A stretch of DNA of 64,000 nt, taken from IMG/VR virus record IMGVR_UViG_3300025009_000077, positions 1 through 64,000 of that record, one strand, 5' to 3'. The DNA comes from an uncultured virus (IMG/VR IMGVR_UViG_3300025009_000077). Lineage: Duplodnaviria > Heunggongvirae > Uroviricota > Caudoviricetes. The notes under the pieces were generated by a model. The model had not been told where the DNA came from. It did not search any database and saw nothing but the letters and a program-made list of their open reading frames with translations. Positions 9,229 to 18,925 of the stretch are shown in pieces (positions within the stretch are counted from its first letter, which is position 1; every line of letters starts with the position of its first letter). A program made the position numbers and the translations under genes.

Positions 9229-10008
9229 ATGATTAAAGATAAAGATATAAGATTAAAGTATATTTTAGAAAATAAAGAATTTTTTAATCAGGGAATTTTT
9301 ATTAACGAATATGATATAAATGGGAAGAATAGAGTTGACTTCGCATTACTTAAAGATGAGCATTTTATAGGATATGAAATAAAGTCCGAGGCAGATAATC
9401 TAAAGAGATTTATACCTCAGCTAAGGACATATCTTAAATTTTTTGACTACATCTACTTAATTATACATCATAAACATTCTGAAGAAGTTTGTAGCGTTTT
9501 AAAGAGATATAAATTAAATAAGGTGGGGATTGTTTCAGTTAAGGATGATTTATCTTTTGAAATAAGCAGGGAAGCTCTTATAAATGATAAAATAAATAAG
9601 TTACATAGTAAACTAAGAAATTTAAAACAAGAAGATTTATTAGATTTATGTAAAAATAAAAATTTGAAGATAAATAATTTATTAAAAGAAACTTTATTGA
9701 ATCAGTTAATAGGTAAAATAACTTTAGAAGAGGTCTCTAATAAGCTGACACAGAGGTTAAAAGATACTTATGTTCACAATTGCCCTAAATGTAGAAGTAA
9801 CCTAACTTTTAGGACAATTACAAAAAATATAAAAGAAACAATAGATAAAAAAATAGATGTTTTAGAGAACAAATGTAAAATAACTTGTTTTGAAGTAATA
9901 GTAACTTCAAAAATTATTAAATGTATTGAATGTTCCCATGAATTTAAACATTCCGAAAGTAGAGTATCTAGTAAAAAAATAAAATACATAAAGGAATATA
10001 AACTGTAG
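9229..10008 (+). CDS. PD-(D/E)XK nuclease (sce7726-like) with SAP-like helix and Zn ribbon
   Basis: RVDFALL...GYEIKSEADNLKRF..QL..Y...FD; CPKC and CIEC. Confidence 0.7.
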   Translation: MIKDKDIRLKYILENKEFFNQGIFINEYDINGKNRVDFALLKDEHFIGYEIKSEADNLKRFIPQLRTYLKFFDYIYLIIHHKHSEEVCSVLKRYKLNKVGIVSVKDDLSFEISREALINDKINKLHSKLRNLKQEDLLDLCKNKNLKINNLLKETLLNQLIGKITLEEVSNKLTQRLKDTYVHNCPKCRSNLTFRTITKNIKETIDKKIDVLENKCKITCFEVIVTSKIIKCIECSHEFKHSESRVSSKKIKYIKEYKL

Positions 10009-10018
10009 AAGACATTAG

Positions 10019-10034
10019 TTTATATTATAAATAG
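10019..10034 (+). promoter_or_regulatory. late promoter motif
   Basis: TTTATATTATAAATAG. Confidence 0.75.
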
Positions 10035-10055
10035 ATATATTATAAGGAACTCACT

Positions 10056-10286
10056 ATGATTAGTAAATTTCAAAAAATAATAGAATTTTGTAGTGTTCTT
10101 AATGAAAAAGAGACTTGTAATGTTTATGGGGATAACTATAAAGTACAAGACATTATAAACTTTGCTAGAAAATTTGACCCAACTTTAATTACTTTATCCA
10201 AAGCTCTTGAAGTAATAGATAATATGGAGTTGGAACAAGAACTAAAGAGAGTTTTAAAAAATAAAGACACAAGTTATAATTATTAA
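10056..10286 (+). CDS. small late protein, candidate internal head protein
   Basis: Leader MISKFQKIIEFCSVLNE. Confidence 0.55.
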   Translation: MISKFQKIIEFCSVLNEKETCNVYGDNYKVQDIINFARKFDPTLITLSKALEVIDNMELEQELKRVLKNKDTSYNY

Positions 10287-10300
10287 ACAGGAGTATTAAA

Positions 10301-10819
10301 ATGAACGAAAGATTCGACAGCTCTTATGACTTTATAGCTAGACTGCAATTAAGAAAGATGCAAGAATCAGCTAAAGAAGTAGAAATACAACACACTACCC
10401 CTAGTGATATATCTGGGGAAGGTACTACTCAAAAAGTAGACCTTAAGAGAGTTAAAAAAAGAGTGGATAAAGCTCAACTAGCTAAATCTAAAGACGATAA
10501 AGCTCCAGACATTGAACACACTGTTCCTAAAAGTATATCTGGAGAAGGTAAAGCTAAGGCTAAGTCAGAAGAATTAATGAATGAAAATATTCTTATGTTG
10601 AGTGCTTTGGAAAAAATTATGAATCCTAACTCAACTGGAAAAGAAGGGGCTCTAGGAGTTGCTGAATATCTTAAATCTGCTATGGGAGGTCAGATGGACC
10701 CACAACTTCAACAGTATATTGATAACATTATGGGTATCATAACAAGGAAAAGTACTGCTGATAAAGTAGACAAAAATGTACAATCTGGAGGCAACCCTTC
10801 AATTAAACCTAGCGTATAA
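10301..10819 (+). CDS. late protein with internal repeat, candidate internal head protein
   Basis: I.HT.P..ISGEG occurs twice; AGGAG RBS. Confidence 0.55.
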   Translation: MNERFDSSYDFIARLQLRKMQESAKEVEIQHTTPSDISGEGTTQKVDLKRVKKRVDKAQLAKSKDDKAPDIEHTVPKSISGEGKAKAKSEELMNENILMLSALEKIMNPNSTGKEGALGVAEYLKSAMGGQMDPQLQQYIDNIMGIITRKSTADKVDKNVQSGGNPSIKPSV

Positions 10820-10840
10820 TAATTAACTATAATAAGTTTG

Positions 10841-10872
10841 TATCCGTCGACCCTAAATCGACGGATATTTTT
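10841..10872 (+). terminator. intrinsic terminator overlapping the late motif at 10870
   Basis: TATCCGTCGA/TCGACGGATA stem, TTTTT, then TTTATATTATATTTAG. Confidence 0.75.
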
Positions 10873-10911
10873 ATATTATATTTAGAAAACATAATACGTC
10901 AGGGTGGATTT

Positions 10912-11316
10912 ATGTCTTTAGATTTTATAAAACAGATAATGGATAAGTTAGATTTAGAAAAAGAAGATGTTCTTCATGACGAAGAAGAGGAAATAATTAA
11001 ATCAGATATCTACGATGTCATGAAAATTTTAGACAGGTATAAAAAAGAGGAAGCTTTAGGAAAGTTGTATAAAGCAAAATTTGATTATCATAGAGACGGT
11101 AATTCTATATGCTTAATAGTTAGTTTTAACAATCTTAAGAAAACAGATAGATTACATAACCTATTTAATTCTGAATTTATTCAGAATCTTTTCAATGAAT
11201 TAGCAGAGTTAAATATTAGTAATAATTTTAAAAAAAGAATAGCAGATAAAAGAAATTATAAGTTAGACTTATTTGGAGATATGGGAGTTTATAAAACTCC
11301 TTATTATAGAGTTTAA
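10912..11316 (+). CDS. hypothetical late protein
   Basis: ORF after late motif. Confidence 0.6.
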   Translation: MSLDFIKQIMDKLDLEKEDVLHDEEEEIIKSDIYDVMKILDRYKKEEALGKLYKAKFDYHRDGNSICLIVSFNNLKKTDRLHNLFNSEFIQNLFNELAELNISNNFKKRIADKRNYKLDLFGDMGVYKTPYYRV

Positions 11317-11356
11317 TATTATATAAATATATTTATATTTCTTTTCTCTTTAGAGA

Positions 11357-11418
11357 ATTAATCTTAATAACAAGAAATGAAACTATACAAACTTACATAG
11401 TAGTAATTGTATCTTGTC
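11357..11418 (+). repeat. 62-bp perfect direct repeat, copy 1
   Basis: Identical to 11775-11836. Confidence 0.95.
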
Positions 11419-11440
11419 GGAAACTGAAGGAATTAAAATC

Positions 11441-11469
11441 TTGACATAATTGTTATAATATGCTAAAAT
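11441..11469 (+). promoter_or_regulatory. sigma70-type promoter with no downstream ORF
   Basis: TTGACA-N17-TAAAAT with TG. Confidence 0.7.
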
Positions 11470-11474
11470 GTTAT

Positions 11475-11836
11475 CAGATGGGTAAAATGCTGAAGAAATG
11501 GTTAATACTCTTCTGTATGCAACAACGAAATCTCCCTGTAAGTAAATTGTTAAACCATCTCGTAGAGATGAATGTACTGGGTGAAACGCTGATAAAAAAA
11601 GCAATCTCACTTAAATAGTTACAGAAGTTTCCCATACAGTTGTTCTTTTAAAGCCCTAACCTGTTATAATAATAGGTTAAAAAGCACGTTCACAGTTATC
11701 TCTCTTTGAGGAGAATAGGTTATTAATACCTGTTAAGAAGAGTAAGCTTGGATTGTATATGGAAAACTACTATCATTAATCTTAATAACAAGAAATGAAA
11801 CTATACAAACTTACATAGTAGTAATTGTATCTTGTC
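11475..11836 (+). ncRNA. candidate structured ncRNA or origin-priming transcript
   Basis: Promoter, multiple nested stems, no credible + strand ORF. Confidence 0.4.
11775..11836 (+). repeat. 62-bp perfect direct repeat, copy 2
   Basis: Identical to 11357-11418. Confidence 0.95.
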
Positions 11837-11943
11837 ATCACTGACTTTAGGCTAAATTACTTTTGCTCATTGACCACACTCTGTCATCTTAGCGTTTTGT
11901 AATACTTGCCTCATTTTAATTAAAATTTAATCTTGTAACGGTA

Positions 11944-11972
11944 TTGACATATCCTTTGTGTTATGTTATAAT
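11944..11972 (+). promoter_or_regulatory. sigma70-type promoter
   Basis: TTGACA-N17-TATAAT with TG. Confidence 0.8.
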
Positions 11973-11996
11973 GTTGTTATGGGTGAATATTGAGGA

Positions 11997-12728
11997 TTGG
12001 GTTTGTTAGAGGATTTTATAAAACTTTATAAACATTCTATACCTGTGTGTGGGTTAGTTCCAGAAACTAATGAAAACTATACATGTTTTCAATTGAAGAA
12101 GGGATTACCTGTGGGTTTAGTTTTTGTTAAGGATACTATAAAATATCAGTATCCTATTAAAAGTTTTTGGAAGTATTTTGAAGAAAATCCTTGTTTTTGG
12201 ATGATTCCTTTAGCTACCCCCAGTAAAAAAATCATAGGTTTTGTTTTGAGAAGTTATGATAAAAAAGAGTATAGAACTATTTTTGATTATAAAAACAACA
12301 TTCCCCCTATATTTGGGTGGGAGGATTTTTCTGATTTTGACTATACCAAACCTGTTATAATTTGTGAAGGTGTTAAAGATGCTATATGGTTAAAACAATA
12401 TTACAAATATTGCCTAGCTTTAAATGGCTCTGAGATAACTATTAGCAATTTAGAAATATTTAAGAATACTGTCTCTAAGATAATATTTTGTTACGATAAT
12501 GATGAAGATAAAATAGACAACGTAGGTAAGAAATCTGTAAATAAAGAAGAAAATAGAATACATAGAATTTTAACTACTTCCACAGATTGGCATGTTCAGC
12601 ATAAAGTTGTTACTCCAGCACATAAAGATTGTGCTATGTTTTTAAGTAATCCTTCGGGATTAAATATTTTTTTAGATAAACTAAAATTTGCTATAGAAGA
12701 TTTAGGAGGAATATATGAAACTAATTAG
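11997..12728 (+). CDS. DNA primase, TOPRIM catalytic part lacking the Zn-binding domain
   Basis: IGFVLRS, IICEGVKDAI, CYDNDE, KD motifs. Confidence 0.75.
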   Translation: MGLLEDFIKLYKHSIPVCGLVPETNENYTCFQLKKGLPVGLVFVKDTIKYQYPIKSFWKYFEENPCFWMIPLATPSKKIIGFVLRSYDKKEYRTIFDYKNNIPPIFGWEDFSDFDYTKPVIICEGVKDAIWLKQYYKYCLALNGSEITISNLEIFKNTVSKIIFCYDNDEDKIDNVGKKSVNKEENRIHRILTTSTDWHVQHKVVTPAHKDCAMFLSNPSGLNIFLDKLKFAIEDLGGIYETN

Positions 12729-13650
12729 GGATAAATACTTAAACGGGGAAATCTATAATTTAAGTGTTAAGGAGATTGATAAATTTTTCGAGGACAATTA
12801 TCCTTTTAAAATGTCTAATTCAGGTATTGAAACCTTTCTTAAAACCTTAAAAATACCTGTAAATTATTTTATAAAACAGCCCGTAGAAACTCAGATGGAA
12901 TTATTATTAAATCAGAAACAGCTATTTACTCCTCAAGACAAGGAATTAATAATTTTAAAAAGAAATGATATAGTGGAATTTGTTACTTTGTTAGATTCTG
13001 ATTATTTTACTGAGTTGGGAGATAGGGTTCCTATTAGCAATGATTGGATTTTTATAGAGGAGGATTTAAAAGCGGGATATCAAAGATATTTTATGACTGC
13101 GGATAAGGTGGTTAATGATACCTATATGCTCGGAACTTTTATTGACTATCCTATTTTATTCTCTAAATCGATGGTGGTTAATGTAGGTTTCTACAAAATT
13201 AGTTCGGTGGATTCGGAGAAAAATTCTGAAATATTGATTCCAGATACGAAGATAAAATTAAAAAATGAAGTTCTTCCAGAGACAGACCATAATAGATATT
13301 TTTTAGATTTAATCGACAATACTAAGAAAACTAATATTGACAAAACTATTCAACATTTACAAAATATTAATACTGATTCTGAATCCTGCATCAATCTTTT
13401 ATTATCCTTCGAGAAAGATAAACTCATAAATAAATCTCAGAGTAAGAAAATAAGAAGGTACATAGAAAAAGAAGAACTTCAATTATTAAATGTGTTAGAA
13501 CTTGTAGAATTAAGTAATTTATTTTTACCTAATTTAAGAACATACAGTTCTAAATTTAAATTTAAACATGATGTTATCTATTCCATTTTATTGAAACACA
13601 ATAAACTACCTAATGTGGATTTTATACAAGACTTTCAGGAGGGATACTAG
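12715..13650 (+). CDS. hypothetical protein (weak DUF932-like N-terminus)
   Basis: LKIPVNYF.KQP pattern; GGAGG RBS. Confidence 0.5.
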   Translation: MKLIRDKYLNGEIYNLSVKEIDKFFEDNYPFKMSNSGIETFLKTLKIPVNYFIKQPVETQMELLLNQKQLFTPQDKELIILKRNDIVEFVTLLDSDYFTELGDRVPISNDWIFIEEDLKAGYQRYFMTADKVVNDTYMLGTFIDYPILFSKSMVVNVGFYKISSVDSEKNSEILIPDTKIKLKNEVLPETDHNRYFLDLIDNTKKTNIDKTIQHLQNINTDSESCINLLLSFEKDKLINKSQSKKIRRYIEKEELQLLNVLELVELSNLFLPNLRTYSSKFKFKHDVIYSILLKHNKLPNVDFIQDFQEGY

Positions 13651-13651
13651 A

Positions 13652-13819
13652 ATGGGAGAAGACCATAAACACGAGGAATTAGAGTTAGAATGTCCTAATT
13701 GTAAATGCAAGCTGAAAGTGGTTCCAGAAGAACCCCAAAAAGAAAATAAAACAGAAGATAAAAAAATGAATTTAAATGATAATATAGATAATTCACATAA
13801 CTTCAATTTGAATGATTAA
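13652..13819 (+). CDS. small Zn-ribbon protein
   Basis: CPNC; ATG 13652 after GGAGG. Confidence 0.5.
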   Translation: MGEDHKHEELELECPNCKCKLKVVPEEPQKENKTEDKKMNLNDNIDNSHNFNLND

Positions 13820-13828
13820 GGAAACTAT

Positions 13829-14425
13829 ATGTCTGAAACACCAAAAAAATTATACGGCAATTATAAAAAGATACAGGATATCTATGATAACGAAGGTCTC
13901 TGTAGTAGAGAGTTCTATTTTCAAATAATTGCTTATGTTAAAAGACTTTTAAATAAATATCTGTTACAAAAACAATTCAATGAGGATAATATCAATGATT
14001 GTTTTGTAGTTATTTATGAGAAAGTTTCCCAAAACTATGATGTTAATAAAGGATGTTTAGGGACTTTTATTCATACAATAGTTAGGAATTACTGTACTAA
14101 GGTTAATTATCGTTTGATAAATAATCAAAATCCTATATCTTTAGACTTTGAATATATAAATAAAGATGAGTTAAGGCTAAAGGCTAACGACTCGTTAGAA
14201 GATGAGGAAATAGAAGACGATAATTTAGACAACGTAGAAAATTATTGTGGTAAGCTAAAGTATGACGATGCTTATGAGGATATAGAATACTATTGTGATA
14301 TCGTAAAGCAATATGAAAAGTTAAAAGAATTAGAAAATGTTGATATAAATGAGTTACATAAGCTAGATGTGGTGAGGAAAGATTTATTATGGAACATGCT
14401 GAAACAACAGTTCAACCATCGTTAA
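13829..14425 (+). CDS. sigma70-family factor with region 2 only (T4 gp55-like late sigma candidate)
   Basis: DNINDCF...YD.NKG.LGTFIHTIVRNY resembles sigma region 2; acidic tail; no evident region 4. Confidence 0.6.
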   Translation: MSETPKKLYGNYKKIQDIYDNEGLCSREFYFQIIAYVKRLLNKYLLQKQFNEDNINDCFVVIYEKVSQNYDVNKGCLGTFIHTIVRNYCTKVNYRLINNQNPISLDFEYINKDELRLKANDSLEDEEIEDDNLDNVENYCGKLKYDDAYEDIEYYCDIVKQYEKLKELENVDINELHKLDVVRKDLLWNMLKQQFNHR

Positions 14426-14736
14426 AAATACCAGTGAATAGAACCACTTGTATCTTGTTCTATATTAGTAGGAACATGAATATAGACTTTCCTACTTTAT
14501 ATTCTATATACAAAGATGTTGGAGTAGATATCTTTAAGTTCTTTTTTATGTGTGCTGGTAAGAAGGTAAGTTTTCCTAAAGAAGAAAAGTTATATGGGTT
14601 TATACAAGAAGCTGAAGAGATATTCTCTAAGGTTACTGTCAATCCTAAAAAGAAAATAGATAAAGCTAAGACTTTAGATATTTATCAAGAATTTATAGAA
14701 ATAATCGACAACGATTCTATGGAAATAAACATTTAG
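14389..14736 (+). CDS. Mor-like transcription factor candidate
   Basis: F...AGKKVSFP resembles Mor-family GG..IYIP; adjacent to the sigma gene. Confidence 0.35.
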   Translation: MEHAETTVQPSLKIPVNRTTCILFYISRNMNIDFPTLYSIYKDVGVDIFKFFFMCAGKKVSFPKEEKLYGFIQEAEEIFSKVTVNPKKKIDKAKTLDIYQEFIEIIDNDSMEINI

Positions 14737-14759
14737 TTGATTAAGGGTACGGGGTTAAG

Positions 14760-15206
14760 ATGGATTCTAACGACAATAAAGATAAAATAATAGATATCAC
14801 TTCTGAGGTAAAATCTTTAGTTGAGAATAAAACTCGTATTAAGAGGAATTTGACACCTGACAAGTTTATGAGTCTTGTTTCAAACGAAATGGGATGTATT
14901 AGAAAATGTAACAGGATAATTAGAAAGATAGAGAAGTATTTGTGTTCCGATGAATTTATCTTTGCGTTAGAACCTAAAGATTTAATACAGCTATTGAATA
15001 GCGTGGTTAAGTCTAAGTACGCTAGTCTTGGTTTTTTGACTAAACTGTATGATATTTCAACAAAAAATGAGATAATAAGAGCTTATTTTCAAGATAGTCC
15101 TCCTGCTAAAGGAGGAAATCTTCCACAGGATGCCCGAATAAGAGAATTTGTTAATGAAATGAAACGAAGGGCTAGAGAAAATAATGACTTACCTTCAGAG
15201 GATTAA
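14760..15206 (+). CDS. putative terminase small subunit
   Basis: Helical 148 aa protein overlapping the TerL start. Confidence 0.45.
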   Translation: MDSNDNKDKIIDITSEVKSLVENKTRIKRNLTPDKFMSLVSNEMGCIRKCNRIIRKIEKYLCSDEFIFALEPKDLIQLLNSVVKSKYASLGFLTKLYDISTKNEIIRAYFQDSPPAKGGNLPQDARIREFVNEMKRRARENNDLPSED

Positions 15207-17079
15207 TTATACTGAAGATGTTTTTACCAATTACAAAGACCTTTCCATTTGGGATAAAGGGGAGGCTATTTATTATGCTGAAGAAGATTCTTATACGGAG
15301 AAACCTGTAGATATAGTTACTTTTATAAAAGACCCTTATTATTTAGGAAATTCTTTAGGGGACGAGATATACGATTACTGGTTAGAACTACTTCAAGAAG
15401 TACATCCGCACCCTTGTATTAACATGTATAACGAATTTATTCTCTCAACTGCAATAGGAGTAGGTAAGACGACTATAGCAATAGCCTCTATGGTATATGA
15501 AATGTACAAATTGATGTGTTTAAAAGACCCCTATACCTATTATTTACAGACAAAACGCTTAGACCCTTTTGCTTTTACAATAATGACACCAGATAAAGCT
15601 CAGGGAAGTTCTGTTGCTTTCTCTAAGTTTTTGGGGATGGTTAATACTTCTCCCTATTTTATAGAGAGAAAAGCAACTCCAAAAGCTAGAACCACTGCTT
15701 CAGACGAGGGTGTTATAATTAACGATATCATCCTAGTTAATATTGGTTCAAATATTAACCATTTATTAGGTAAGATGAATTTCGGGTGTTTAATGGACGA
15801 AGTTTCTTATTACTTAGGGAAGGAGTCTATAAAAAAAGCTCAAGATATTCATAACCTGTTCAAGACGAGAAGAAAATCTAGGTTTGATAAATTTAGCGAT
15901 TTTATGCCTGGTATTTTATGGTTAGTAAGTTCCCCCATAGACGAACAAGACTATTTAAATACTGCTATTGAAGAAATACAGACTAACCCATTCGGAAATT
16001 TTAGGGATAACTTGTCAGCTTGGCAAGTTAAGGGTACTTTTACAAAAGATACTTTTAGGGTTTTCTTAGGGGATTCTAAAAGAGACCCCCGATTAGTTGA
16101 TGATGAAGAAATAATTTCTCCAGAGATGGAAGAAAATACAATAGATGTTCCTTATACTTATTATGAAGATTTTAGTGGTACTAGATTAATAGGGAGTATA
16201 AGGGATGTAGCTGGACGTAGGGTTCATGCAGATATATCTTTGTTTAAATCTAAACAACTCGTTAGGAACTTATTTGTTAATCCAAACAGATTCAAAAATG
16301 ATATTATTAGCATGAGTTTTAATGACCCAAACGATAAGTTAGAGAATTATGTTCATAGTTTAGATTATTTTAAAAAACCTCTTCATCAGGATAGTTACAG
16401 GTTTGTTCATTTAGATATAGCTACTAAGAAAGATAGATTTGGACTATCTTCAGTATATAGCACACTAGAGGAATTTGAAATAAGACCTACTATAGAGAAT
16501 CCTAGTATTCCTGTAACTAAAAAAAGAGAAAGAATGTTCTATGTAGATTTTGCTATAGGGATAGAAGCCAAAAAAGGGGAAGAAATAAATATAATTAAAG
16601 TCATAGATTTTTTATTTTTATTGATAAAAATGGGATACCCTATTAAAGTTATAACTACTGACATGTTTCAAGGAGATGTTACTCGTCAGTTACTTAGAAC
16701 AAGTAATGTAGAAACAGAATATTTATCTGTGGATAGAACTAAGGAACCTTATTACACTTTAAGAGAATTAATGTATACTAATAAACTAATAGGGGTTAAA
16801 AACGAACTACTAATAACAGAACTGTTAGGGCTAAGAGATTTAGAAAAGAAGATAGACCATATATCAAATAACAGCAAAGATATTGCTGACTCTGTGTGTG
16901 GGGGTATCTGGAAATGTATCAATTCTAAAGATTATATGAACAGAAATCAGGTTTACGTAGACCTGTCTAATAAAGATGGACTGACTCCAGATTTAGGACT
17001 TGGTTTATCTCAGTTAATGAGACAGGCTAGGACACAACAACAAAAAGAACAGATAAATAAAACATGGAACTTTAAATAA
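15184..17079 (+). CDS. terL: terminase large subunit
   Basis: Walker A AIGVGKT, Walker B LMDE, VSS, RNase H HLDIA and C-terminal DH...SKDIADS. Confidence 0.9.
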   Translation: MTYLQRINYTEDVFTNYKDLSIWDKGEAIYYAEEDSYTEKPVDIVTFIKDPYYLGNSLGDEIYDYWLELLQEVHPHPCINMYNEFILSTAIGVGKTTIAIASMVYEMYKLMCLKDPYTYYLQTKRLDPFAFTIMTPDKAQGSSVAFSKFLGMVNTSPYFIERKATPKARTTASDEGVIINDIILVNIGSNINHLLGKMNFGCLMDEVSYYLGKESIKKAQDIHNLFKTRRKSRFDKFSDFMPGILWLVSSPIDEQDYLNTAIEEIQTNPFGNFRDNLSAWQVKGTFTKDTFRVFLGDSKRDPRLVDDEEIISPEMEENTIDVPYTYYEDFSGTRLIGSIRDVAGRRVHADISLFKSKQLVRNLFVNPNRFKNDIISMSFNDPNDKLENYVHSLDYFKKPLHQDSYRFVHLDIATKKDRFGLSSVYSTLEEFEIRPTIENPSIPVTKKRERMFYVDFAIGIEAKKGEEINIIKVIDFLFLLIKMGYPIKVITTDMFQGDVTRQLLRTSNVETEYLSVDRTKEPYYTLRELMYTNKLIGVKNELLITELLGLRDLEKKIDHISNNSKDIADSVCGGIWKCINSKDYMNRNQVYVDLSNKDGLTPDLGLGLSQLMRQARTQQQKEQINKTWNFK

Positions 17080-17095
17080 TTTATATTATAAGTAG
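17080..17095 (+). promoter_or_regulatory. late promoter motif
   Basis: TTTATATTATAAGTAG. Confidence 0.75.
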
Positions 17096-17115
17096 ATTTA
17101 TTCGGAGGTTTTTAT

Positions 17116-18840
17116 ATGCCTTTTGGTGGCGGTTTTGAATTAAGTCAAGCAATGAACATATTTAGAGGACTAACGGGACATTATGATTTAAAACCCGACA
17201 GTACTAAGACGTTTGATTTAACTAACAGATATAATTTACCCGTGGACTCTTATGGGGACTATTCCAGAAGTAATGTTATCGGTCAGATAATGAAACAGAT
17301 GGGGGCTAGTTTCAAGTCTAGGGAAGATTTAATAAAAAATTTAATGACTGTACGAGATAATGAACTTGTACAAACTTTATTGACTTCTTTATATAACGAT
17401 GCTTTCAGTAGTGTATCTGATGATAAATTTATATCCATAGAATATTCTCCTAATAGAGAAAAAAGATATAAAACAGATGAAGATATACAAAAAATAATGG
17501 ACGGGTTTGTAGACCAGCATGATTTAGCTGGTCTCTCTTCGGATATTCTTCCAGACTTTATGCTAATGGGAGAATACTTCCTTAAGACTAAGATAGTAAA
17601 AGGTGTTGGAGTAGTAGAAATTACAGATAATTGTGATTTAGACGATTACTTGGCTATTTATAAGGGAAGAGATATTGATTCATTTTTCAGATTTAACAGA
17701 AAGGCTTCTAAGTTTGAGCTTATAGATAAGGACGAGATAGTACACTTCTGTTTAAATAACAACAGACTGAGAGTAAAAGTAGAAACAGATACAGATATTA
17801 TAGATGTTCCAGAGTCTGTAAGAGTTGGAACATCGGTAATATATCCCGTATTATCTTCAGTTAAAAAATTAAGTGTATTAGAGACTACTGCCCTAGCCTC
17901 AGAGTTGAAAAGGGTATTAGCCCCCATTATAGTATCTGTAGACATGAACGCAGATATGGATAATACTAATACTTCAGAAGCTATAGACAGATACGAGAAC
18001 ATACTTAACAGTATGAACACTGAAGCCTTAAATATGGAAAATCTTAACGTAGGAGATATTCTACAGACAGCTTCTAGGTTTAAAGTTATCCCAAGATTCT
18101 CAGACGGTAAGGGTGGTATAGAACAAATACAGTTTAATTTTGATAGTTCTGATTTAAATAATAGAATAAACGATGTAAGGAAAAACATAGCTTTGGCTAT
18201 GGGAGTTCCTTCTTTTTATTTAGCATACGGAGACCAATTATTAGGTAAGACAGATATGCTAAAAGTTTATTCTGCTTACTCTACCAAGCTAGTAAATATT
18301 CAAACATGTTACGGTAATGGTATCAAAGATATAATGTGGAAACATTTATTCCATAAGGGGTATTATGTTGAGAAAAATGATATAAAAGTAAAATTTAAAT
18401 CTGTTACTAATGTGGATTTAATGGACGATATGGAAGTAATAGTAGCAGTAATGACTACACTTAAAGATTTTGTAGCTTTATTAAACGAGATTTCTTCATC
18501 TGACCAGATAGCTTTAGAAGTAGACAGTAAAGAGTTACTTGAATTCTTTAAAATGTATACCGCTGCTTTCCCTAAAATGCAAAAAGTTTTAAAATTATAT
18601 GCTGATGGTAAGGGTAGGGTATCATTACCCGATAGGGGGGGAGAACTTATGACTCCTTCTGGAACTCCTAGCAGAGGAAATACTTCTTTCCAAGGTCCTC
18701 AATTATCTACTCAATCTCCTCAAGGAGCTCCTAGTACTTCTAGTACTCCTACAGGAGAAACTCCAACTATAACAGCAGAGGCTCCAACACCTCCAGAAAC
18801 CCCTAGTGGTGGTAGTGTTAATGTAGCTGATACGTTTTAA
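17116..18840 (+). CDS. portal protein (gp20-like)
   Basis: Follows TerL; GEYF, IVHF, GTSVI, AMGVP..YL motifs; Pro/Thr-rich tail. Confidence 0.8.
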   Translation: MPFGGGFELSQAMNIFRGLTGHYDLKPDSTKTFDLTNRYNLPVDSYGDYSRSNVIGQIMKQMGASFKSREDLIKNLMTVRDNELVQTLLTSLYNDAFSSVSDDKFISIEYSPNREKRYKTDEDIQKIMDGFVDQHDLAGLSSDILPDFMLMGEYFLKTKIVKGVGVVEITDNCDLDDYLAIYKGRDIDSFFRFNRKASKFELIDKDEIVHFCLNNNRLRVKVETDTDIIDVPESVRVGTSVIYPVLSSVKKLSVLETTALASELKRVLAPIIVSVDMNADMDNTNTSEAIDRYENILNSMNTEALNMENLNVGDILQTASRFKVIPRFSDGKGGIEQIQFNFDSSDLNNRINDVRKNIALAMGVPSFYLAYGDQLLGKTDMLKVYSAYSTKLVNIQTCYGNGIKDIMWKHLFHKGYYVEKNDIKVKFKSVTNVDLMDDMEVIVAVMTTLKDFVALLNEISSSDQIALEVDSKELLEFFKMYTAAFPKMQKVLKLYADGKGRVSLPDRGGELMTPSGTPSRGNTSFQGPQLSTQSPQGAPSTSSTPTGETPTITAEAPTPPETPSGGSVNVADTF

Positions 18841-18862
18841 TTTTATAATTAATTAAGTCTAA

Positions 18863-18878
18863 TTTATATTATAATTAG
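18863..18878 (+). promoter_or_regulatory. late promoter motif
   Basis: TTTATATTATAATTAG. Confidence 0.75.
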
Positions 18879-18925
18879 AGGCTTAATACATAATATGTAT
18901 ATTATATAAGTTTGGAGAATTGAAG

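Noticed and set aside
11383..11610. 75-aa minus-strand ORF
   Set aside because: No evident RBS or motif; overlaps a repeat and a + strand promoter
11357..11836. 62-bp repeats as a CRISPR array
   Set aside because: Only two copies, 356 bp between them, and no cas genes in the window
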